Shown here one piece after another: positions 1-64,000 of a stretch of DNA of 64,000 nucleotides (position 1 is the first letter of the stretch; each line of letters opens with the position of its first letter). The DNA comes from Lingula anatina (taxonomy: Eukaryota > Animalia > Brachiopoda). The notes below the pieces were generated by a model. That model saw only the letters and a program-made list of their open reading frames with translations, was not told the origin of the DNA and did no database searches. The position numbers and the translations under genes were made by a program. Location: positions 25,358,001-25,422,000 of the forward strand of contig CM120642.1 in NCBI GenBank assembly GCA_051362555.1. The letters are read 5' to 3'.

Positions 1-468
1 CCATTTTTTATCATGTCACAGAAAATCCATCATCTTTGTAAACTCTTACTTTAACAAATTTAAAGAATGAACTCCACAAAAAGGAGATAGAATCCTTTCT
101 CAGATTTTTTGGATGAATATTTTTTAAAGCAGTCTATTATCTCAATGCACAAATAATGATCCAGTGGACAAGAATAACAACACCATTAAAAAACAATTCC
201 AGTAGCAGCTCTTTTAATTTAGATAAACTTTAATTTAGATAAAAGTATTTGTTGATCTTATTTACTTTTCATTTTCTGAAGGCTATAACCAATATATTCA
301 TTTAATCACTAGCTTTTCTGTATTCTATCCAATGCCAAAAGGAGGCATATTAATCTGTTAATCTCACTGCATTCAGTGAGAGTTGCCACGGAGTTGGTTC
401 GATTTATGTAGAATGACAGATTCATGGGGAATGAGCCCTAGGACTAGAAGCCAGACAGCCCCACCCAC

Positions 469-1405
469 CTTCACAGTAATACTGGTCCTGTGGGTCCCAG
501 ATCAGCTTTCTTGCCAGCCCTGGGACTGCCAAACACCTCATAGTAGAGGTGCCGACTAGGTAAAACCCTGGGTTACATTTCAATGTGACCTGTGAACCTA
601 GTTTAGTCTCTGTGCCTTCTATGTAACCATTCTCTGGAGGTATGGGAGGATTGCAATTTGTGGGGAACGCTAGAGAAATACAGAAATTATACAGAGATAT
701 CATCAAGAATATGGTTATGTCTGAATATAAAAAGTTTAAAAACACCAAAATGTTATTTTCATCTGACAAATAATTACATCCAATCTCCATTAGTATATAA
801 ATCTATTCTATCAATATGTGACTTTATCTTGAATAATCTAAATAAATATATAAATAATAATAATAAATATCACTTTTTATAGCCTCAGCTGTAAAATAGG
901 CACATAAAATAAAAATTGAGCCATTTTCAAAACTTGTACATCTATTTGTATCTATCACAGAAGTGCACGTTATCACTAAAAACTGATTTATCATCTTTGT
1001 TTTTATTTGTTTATCAATTTCTATACATCCAACCATAAAAACAAGTATGGTTTTCATGCAATATTGGACATAAACAGCTGCACGTGAGCCTGCACTCCTA
1101 CAGAGGTAAAGACCTCTGACAACACCTTATCTCCGAGCAGACGTTCAAGTTCACACACTATTGAATAAGACGTTTGGCCGGTGTCCATAGGCTACCCCGA
1201 TAGAGACTGGCCGACTTAAAATATTTTGTTTTTTACCTTCGTCTGCAGAATTTACACCTCGATCCTCGGGGTCTTCTTCCCTATCATATATTTCAACTTC
1301 CTCAACGGGCAAATCTCCATCGTACCCTTGAGATATAACTGAATAGGGCGTTATAAATAACAGAACTAAAGTCAACGCCTGCAGGCAACGCCAGGTCCTC
1401 GCCAT
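469..1405 (-). CDS. 5' part of a signal-peptide, sushi/CCP-domain protein; exons 1405-1237 and 669-469; continues beyond the left edge
   Basis: ATG at 1405 (ACAAAATGGCG) gives MARTWRCLQALTLVLLFITPYSVISQG, a signal-peptide-like leader followed by an acidic stretch, then donor GAAG|gtaaaa. Exon 2 (tctctag|...GAAG|gtgggt) is a phase 1-1, 201-nt exon encoding CNPPIPPENG...GSQVTLKCNPGFYLVG...RC...W...C, a canonical 4-Cys CCP module. Confidence 0.8.
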
Positions 1406-1837
1406 TTTGTACAGTGGGCGAGTAGTGTCAGCCACGTGACTTAAAGTTTAAAGATAAGGAAAGAGACATTACCAATGTAAGCCTAACATTGGGTACCAAG
1501 ATCATGCTGTACTGTAAACATTGCCAGCTGATAAAATGTCTCGGGACAAGTGTTGTCATGTTAGAGTTTAAGACTATAGTACTTACTTGCAACTTACAAC
1601 TTCTTGTATTTAGTGATGAATTATTCTGTTTTACAATCAATCAAATCATGTCACGGTATTTTAAAAATACATAGCAGACGATTTCCAGTTTTAAGTACGA
1701 AGTGGGCGTAGCACTTTACTTCCTCGTTTTGAATTTCGCGGTGGAGGCTTGAATATCAGGTGACCTCACATAGAAAACGTGAATATGCGAGACTTTCAGT
1801 TCAGCGTGTCACTTCCGGTTTTTTAGCAGTCGGCAAG
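1406..1837. promoter_or_regulatory. Compact bidirectional promoter region shared by the sushi gene and UFM1
   Basis: Divergent start codons lie about 430 bp apart in a locally CpG-rich stretch. It carries the E-box GCCACGTGAC (1431-1440), E2F-like TTTCGCGG (about 1734-1741), ETS ACTTCCGG (1811-1818) and YY1-like GCCATTTT overlapping the sushi ATG. Confidence 0.6.
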
Positions 1838-3674
<1,837 letters not shown>

Positions 3675-4344
3675 CATAAAACTATTGACTTCATAGGACA
3701 TATAGGATATACTCTGAAATTTTCATACTGGAAACCACAACATCTCATATTGATAGCTAAATTGCATTGATGGCATGAGACACAAGAATTGAAACTTTTT
3801 CATGACTCTCACAGATAATTTGTTCCAAGGGTCATTTTTTGGAAATATTGGACCATATCTTTTGTACCACGTAGTTAAAGTAAAATTTGAAAGGGGCAAA
3901 TTTCTCAAGAAGTAGACGATAAACTTAATTGCTTCCCCGTCAACAATTTAAGTATTTTTTATGTAGAATGTGTATTGTGATATTTGTTATCTGAAAAGTT
4001 ATTTCTTTAATCTTGAATTCCTTTATTCTTTTATTTAAAACTAAACATGGAAACTAAGATTATTCAAAACGCCGCTTTTATTTTTGGAATTGTCTGTTAA
4101 TCTTTAATTCACAACAGAAAAAGTATGGAAAAAAACTTTTGTTTTGTGCAACATATTAAGGTCAGTTGTTCTTGGTTGCTATAGTTTTGTCTCATTCTGT
4201 TAGAGGGCGGTGCACTAATACGTTGAAGTTTCCTTATATAAGCCATTAGTGAAACCTGTAATGTTTCAGTGTACTTGTTTTGGATCAAATCATGCCATTG
4301 TCTTTTATTTATAGGAATTTTTTCAATGCATATAATGTAAAACT

Positions 4345-4350
4345 AATAAA
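4345..4350 (+). terminator. Candidate polyadenylation signal for UFM1
   Basis: AATAAA about 670 nt downstream of the UFM1 stop, with a second one near 4529. The AT-rich context makes this weak evidence. Confidence 0.35.
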
Positions 4351-7213
4351 CATTAATCTGCTATAAACCAACTGTTGAAATGATATCAAACAATTTGTTC
4401 CTGCATGTGTACATATTTCACTGTTAGAAAACTTATTATTTAAAGTCAGTATCAGTCATTGTTAGGAAACCTTTTTTAAATTACAAAAAAAACAATTGAT
4501 ATATACCTGCATCATTTATGTTTAAGTGCAATAAAAATCATTTTATATGAAACAGTTTATGTAATAGATTTTTGGCACTAACAAAGCAAGTTCAGGTCAG
4601 GAAGTGCACTTGTCACATTTTTCTATCACAAAGTCATTGATAGTTTCTCTATTTTTTTATTATAAAACTCGCTGTCAGTAGTTATTTTAAAATTGTGAAA
4701 AGAGAACTTTTGACCTTCAATTGGATTGAAGATTTTTATTTTTGCTTTTGAACATCTGTCAGTTGGTGCAGTCATTCCTAATAGGCACAAAAATGAAAAA
4801 AGAGAAAAAAAAAACAATTGTGGAAATTGAATAAATTACATTTATTCATATGTTTTCATGTTGATTTCAGGCTTATATCATGGGATGAGTAAAGATAATG
4901 TGGGGAGTTGGGGGGGGGGGGAATAATACTTATATAATCTAAGACAAGCTTGTCCCTTGTTTAAAGCATAATAAAATCATAAGCATAACAATCCACTGTA
5001 AATGCTGAGTATATACTGAACATCAAGAGAAAAGCAATTATATGTGATAAAAATGTCAACGTTTGACAGACTGAAACACCTTGACACCATATTTCCAACT
5101 TGCTAGAAATGTCACAAATACACTAGCCAAGTGATACGAAATAGGATTGTCACATTTGTTCTCTGATTGAAGTTTAAAAAATAACTCAAAATTTGATTTC
5201 CTTGCAGCTTTAACCATGCTGTTGCTTACAGAAAATTAAAAAGGCAAGACTGGTATTGCCAGCACTTATTGCAGCACATGTTGGGTACTAAATTGTTAAA
5301 TGGCTTTCCTACAAACCCCTTTACATGAACACAAATTCACATCTCTAAATGCTTGCTAGCTACATCTTGCAGATCTACAAGGAGTTTTTACTTTGACAAG
5401 CTAATTTAACCATTATGTATACTTGCATTTCTTTTGTTGTCCATTATATGTGTGTATATACATATTGAGATATGAAACAAAAACCAAGATAGGTAAACTG
5501 TAGAACATATTTACTCATTTGTCACATAATCGGATCTATTTAAAGTTTTTGTGACTGCTACAAAAAGTAAATCTCCGCTAAACTAGGTGGTTCTCAAGAT
5601 GGTACAATTATAAAATTCAGTTTTGAATTCTCTTTTAAGTGAGGACTTTATTAATATCAGATTAATATTATTGCATCTTAGTCTATTTACACTTTTGTTC
5701 ACACATGGCAGGCATTTGAAACTGCATGTTGTATAAGAAAAAATAGAAACTTGTCTTTTTATACCCCCACATCGTGACTCACCCTAGCACAAATGGTGAT
5801 ATACTGTATACCTAGGGATGAGACTGCTGTTTAGTGAAAAAGTAAAAAAATATGGCATGGGGTCCAGGTGGTGCCTAGGCCAATGATATATTTGGCTCCC
5901 AAAAAGTCAGAAATCTGCCAATAGTCAGAAATATCTCATTCTAATTCACTTGCATTAATATGCCCCTGCAGCAGTACCCTTCTGCATCAATGCTCTCTTA
6001 TACCATTACTCCCTGGTTCAGAAAATTTGTCTCTTTCATTGATCATAAAGGCATGTATTTGATTAAAAAAGCATAATACTTACAGAAAGCTCCTCATACT
6101 TATAATAATACATCACATTTTTGTCAGGAAAATTTATACTGTGGAGGAGTAATGTAATAACTGTGAGATAGTAATGGCATAGGGACGTAAAAGGGCTGTA
6201 GCTTATTTTAACATAGCCTATTTCAGGTTTTCTTTACATACATCATGTATGATACATGTGCATGCAGTAACATTTACATATAAAACCAGTACAATTCACT
6301 TATATTTAAAAGCAAAGTAAAGCTGTGTTATTCAAAAGGGTTATCAGAAATGAGAATCAAGAACAAGTCTAGGGAATGAGACGTGGAATATTAGTGGATA
6401 TTACATTATGTTGCCCGCCCTGTTTGGGCATGGCAAAAAACTGAGATCGGTTTTAGCATACAAGTGAAAAAATAGAAAATATCAACATTTTCTGATATAT
6501 GTGAATTCCAATTAGATTACATCTGTGTTAAGAAATAAGATCTTCTTTCTTGGTCTAGTTCATCTTTTGCACTTTCTACTTTCTGATAATACAGATTCTT
6601 TTATATAAAAAAGTGAATACTATTTTGTATGCAGTTGGATATACTGATAGTAGTGATCAATTCATAGCACCAAAGTTTTACATGGAAAGTAATCAGAAGA
6701 ATTTTGTCACTCTGACTGTATTAGATCTATCCAGGATACCATTTGTAAAAAGTCGATATGAAAATATCAGTAATTGCATTTGCATTCTTGAACTTCAGTG
6801 ACAGCAACAAAGGCAAATAATAATTGATTAAGTGCAGTAGTTGTGGAGAGCTTAAATTGTAAATGAGTACACAAAACATTCATTCAGCAGTCAAAATGTA
6901 ACAAGGAGAATAACACAGAATAATACAGACATTTAGTAATGAACTTACAAAACCTGATAACAATGCACCTTGCCTTTGAAACTTCACATTTCAAAATAGT
7001 GGAATTCTCCATCCTTTTTGTTTCATGCAATAATCATTGTTTTCAACCTGTTCACCATTATCCCTCAACATAATATTGGAATGGCAACATCACCAAACTG
7101 CACTCAACTGCAGACAACAAATATCAGAATATCTTCAGACAAAATGTCACCTAAAACTATCTGGTATAGGTAAGTAACTGTCATAACAGTTAATGTGTGA
7201 ATTGCGAGTGTCT

Positions 7214-18899
<11,686 letters not shown>

Positions 18900-18915
18900 C
18901 GTGAAATGCAGGATG

Positions 18916-19105
18916 CTTTGGAGAAAAAAGGAAGAAAAACATTAAAAAATTTTTTAAGTCAAAGTGTGTCAGCAAACAAGGAAGTGAGCCGGTTACCCTT
19001 TGTTACATAGCCCACAGCTAATTTAATCATTTCAACATGCGCATTTTTTTCCTCTAAATTGCAAAATGACTGATTTTAGTGAACATAACGGTATTTCATA
19101 CTTAC
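18916..19105 (-). other. CORO7: Probable 5'-UTR intron of CORO7
   Basis: Minus-strand donor GCAGA|gtaagtat at 19105, and a long polypyrimidine tract ending ccaaag| 16 nt upstream of the ATG. Confidence 0.6.
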
Positions 19106-19450
19106 TCTGCTATCTAGGCTACTGTTGTATTTATTTAGGGAGACCCTCCCCCTATTTCTGTCACAAATGTGAGTGCACGGTTTCTGGTTGTGACCTACTT
19201 ATGGAAATGAGGACAGGGAGAATTTATTAGCTTGGATTTGCTTACTAACAGATGCTAAATACAACGATGGCTTGTGATGCTGCAAATAAAATTTAAGTAA
19301 TAGCAAATGTGTTTGGTGTAAATATGATACAAATAAACGTGTCGTCGGATCAATAAAGGAAAAAAAGAAATATTATTTCCCATGATTGCTCCCCATTTGT
19401 CGGCCCACGGAATTGACCAATGGTAAGTGATTCTCGGAACACTTCCGGTG
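19106..19450. promoter_or_regulatory. Bidirectional promoter region between CORO7 and FRY
   Basis: Lies between the inferred CORO7 non-coding first exon and the FRY first exon. It has a local CpG rise, a CCAAT box (GACCAATG near 19416-19423) and ETS ACTTCCGG (19441-19448). Confidence 0.6.
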
Positions 19451-19502
19451 AGCGGCAGTGAGAACGAGGCAACATTAGAGGCCCAAGAAAACAATCAGCA
19501 AG
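19451..19502 (+). other. FRY: Probable non-coding first exon of FRY (start approximate)
   Basis: Perfect donor CAAG|gtaagt at 19502/19503, just downstream of the CCAAT and ETS motifs; the inferred next FRY acceptor is ttcacag| at 21478. Confidence 0.6.
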
Positions 19503-21528
19503 GTAAGTTCAAGAAAAAAATGTTTTGGAGTTTGCCTAGGACAAAATTATTGTGCATGGACCATAATCATAAAATGGACTTTGTCTGCAATTATACAGCA
19601 TTTTTTGCATGTGTGTCGTTACTACGGTCGTTCCTACCAGGTTAAACACCGACAGCAAATGACACTCGGTGACACTGCCAAAGTCACATTCACAGTACCC
19701 CTTCAGTACCTGAAGTCTAGTGTCAAATAAATAAATAAATTAGTAAATAATAGATTTCATCATGAAATGAAAAGACATATAAATAAGCTGCAAAATGACT
19801 AGTCTACTATTATGCTACTTAAGTTATCAAAACAAGTTATTAATATTTTTAGTTTTTTTAACAAAGTGTTTTTTTTAAATTTATCAAATTGATTGCCATA
19901 TATGTCGTTAAGTGCATAGTCTATAGATACACCACAAATCATCAAGGTATAAGTGATATCAAGAATGTGTTAGTATTTCTGCATTTTTAACGTTGTCATC
20001 TAAATACTGCTGATGATTTACGCCACCTAGGCCGTGGAGGGAAAACCTCATACATAATTTATCTTGCATTCATGTTTTTGTTCATAGTTCCACACGTATA
20101 AGGAACATTTCACTCCTTACAACTTGCCAATGTACACACAAGTACATGTGTCAAATGACCCCCAAACCAAGTGCACCTTTATGTCACTTGCTACTGACAT
20201 ATTATCATCATATGTATCCTCATGTTTAACTCTTAAATATCCAAGTCATTTCTACATGAAGCCTAGATTAAAGATTTGAAAGCTTGTGGTATATTTTGTT
20301 GAGCCTACCAGCAACCAAAAAGCAAAACTACATGTAGCAATACACTGACCAAAAGTGGAAAAAGAGATTTTAAAATAGGTCTCAATTAAGTATTGCACCA
20401 GTGGCAATCATGTAAATTTATGTAAAGTCTGTTCATGTGTCTTGTCCGATTTGGCTTTTCAGACCTCTAGGCATTTTTAGCAATTATTTTTCTATATATA
20501 TACTAGGTGTTTTGTAAAACATAATTTATTGGCTTTGTTCAATTTTGGAAGAGTAATGTCCATAAGTAATTTGCCTTCAAGGCAATATGAAAAGTTGATC
20601 AAAGTTACTTAACAACATCTTTTCGTGAAATTTGTCAAATACTTGGCATGTTTATACAGGGATATGATCTCATATAACACTGAATGAACTCTTAAGGCTC
20701 ACAAGACTATGATCTAAGATGTTATATTGCAAATACCTAGGTTATTAATCAATATTCTGTGATCTTAAATTCCACATTACAAGCAGTAAAGTGATGGAAA
20801 AGGCTGCTCTCGGGCTTAATTTTGGGATTTATACTACATAATGCATTGTTTAATTAATTGTTGTATTGATCTTTTGAGTCACTGCTTCAGGATGAAAAGG
20901 CCAATTTTGCTTATTGCTTTATGTAATGATGTTATTGCTGACAGGATTTTGTGGTATTGATCATGTTAAACATGCTTAAGTTGATGTCACAAATATGCAG
21001 AACACGTTCGGAATTCAGGGGATACTTTTTTATTCAAGTATAATTTTTTACTCTTTGTAAATGGTTAACCCAATATTTCTGCAATGATGATTCCATATGG
21101 CAGTCTACAGGAAGTTGATTTATGAAACTGGAAACAGATAACCTTTTGACATTCCCCTCCAGCTATTAACTTCAAACTGTAGAGGATTGAAAAACTTTGT
21201 TTAAATGTACCCATTAAAACTGACCTTAAACAACCCATTTGAATTCTAAGAATTAAACTTTTGATAACACATAATGACAATAGGAAGTATATTTTCATCA
21301 CAAAGTGTGATGTACTGTCTGTAAGATGATGTGATTACGGAAAAATTATCCCAATTCCAAGGATATTCAGCAAGCTATTTTTTTAAAATTTAATTTTTAA
21401 TTTTAATTAAACTTGGCACAAGAAATTAAATTTATTTTTAAAAAAATAATGCAGTTTCTCATATCCTCTTCTTCACAGATGTTATCCTAACCAAATATCT
21501 ACATCCAAAGACCCCAGACACAGTTGAA

Positions 21529-62781
<41,253 letters not shown>

Positions 62782-64000
62782 GGGTGAAAGGGCAGCCATG
62801 GATCCAAGTGGGAAGTGAATTGGAAAATATTTGACAATGTCTAGATGTGTTATTGCTACAGCTGGTGTCTAGGTGTTATCTACCAGTAGACTTCCCCTTG
62901 TAAACAGTCTGTAGCATCTCTGGAGATGTAGAAAGAGTGCTCAGGGTTCAGGTTGTAGGTGTCATATATGCTATATATATGATATTAATAAGAGTCCGTT
63001 TTTGTTGAGAGCAGGCTATCTGAAACAATGTGACATGTCTGATTGTCCCATCTAGAGTGGAGAGGACGGTAGAGACTACAGTAGTCGAGAACTCTGTGGT
63101 GTGGGGTTATGTCTCACATTGTCTCGTGTCTATTTGTCATGCTTGTCATCCACCTATTGAGACAGCAGGAAAGTAATTGTGACCATAATGGCCAAGGAAA
63201 TGTGTAATGCTTGCTGCCAAGAGATGTCAAACAGAAATAGTTGGCATTGTTCTGACCCTCTATCTGGAAATTAAGTCTAGACCTTATTTGTTGGTGAGTG
63301 TCCAGCAGGAGACGTTTTTTAAAGTGCAATTTCTATTGAATTTGCCCATTTGATATTGATTTATAACAGTAAGGTATAAAATAGTGAAGGACCCCCCTCC
63401 CTTGTGTACACAGAAGTAGGGGTTCTAGGGTGGAGGCACTGTGATGCTCTTCAGACAACATTTCTGTGAAAAAAAAACAATAAGGTTTAGTTTGCTCGAA
63501 GTAAAAGTGATGTGTTAATTTTTGTTCTGTAAAATGGTACAAAAATGAGTTTATCCATAATATTTCATTTAGTTAAACAAGTCTTGATAGAGCTCTCTTA
63601 TTTAAGAATGTGTATCCTAATGGATTTATCATTTAATCATATTATTTATTGATTTATTTTAGTTGGTTTAATTTATTCTGTTTAACTGCTGTGCTTTAAG
63701 ACCGACTTGCACCCTTTAAAAATGCTGAAGCTTTGAAGCTCATCTGTAACTTTGAATGGTTCTATATTTCAGCTGGCACCTGTAAAAAAGTTGCACTTTT
63801 TTGGGGGAGTGGTGCCTGATATTAGAAACTGATAATTTATAGAAAAAAATTTTGACAGATGAATTCACAGAAACATTTCAGAATGTGCTGATTTCTAGAA
63901 ATATTTTACAGACAATAGAGGACAGCGTTTTTTGATAAAATGCATATTCTACTGTGTTTACATGCTGCATGACATTTTACTTGTTAACAGATGAGAGATG

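Overview
AT-rich, intron-dense animal genomic DNA, probably from an invertebrate bilaterian. The repeat types look mollusc- or lophotrochozoan-like, but the species cannot be fixed from sequence alone. I reconstructed four genes by hand from splice signals and translation: (1) the 5' end of a secreted or membrane sushi/CCP-domain gene (minus strand, runs off the left edge); (2) a complete 5-exon UFM1 that the ORF track misses (1838-3674, +); (3) a complete 25-coding-exon coronin-7 (18899-7214, -, about 948 aa); (4) a complete 59-coding-exon furry/FRY (21529-62781, +, about 2987 aa). They form two head-to-head pairs. The introns hold a foldback MITE, a 1.67-kb non-autonomous TIR transposon abutting a 3' splice site, a 1.8-kb Helentron-like (HINE) element and many microsatellites. 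Two less obvious layers stand out. First, the longest FRY introns contain frame-preserving microexon candidates (6, 12, 18 and 33 nt; three of them with UGC-rich acceptors), and poison or terminal exon candidates occur in FRY introns too. Second, at least eight tandem duplications straddle splice sites and leave arrays of decoy acceptors or donors, one of which looks like a nascent 24-nt microexon. All exon models are sequence-based predictions without transcript support.
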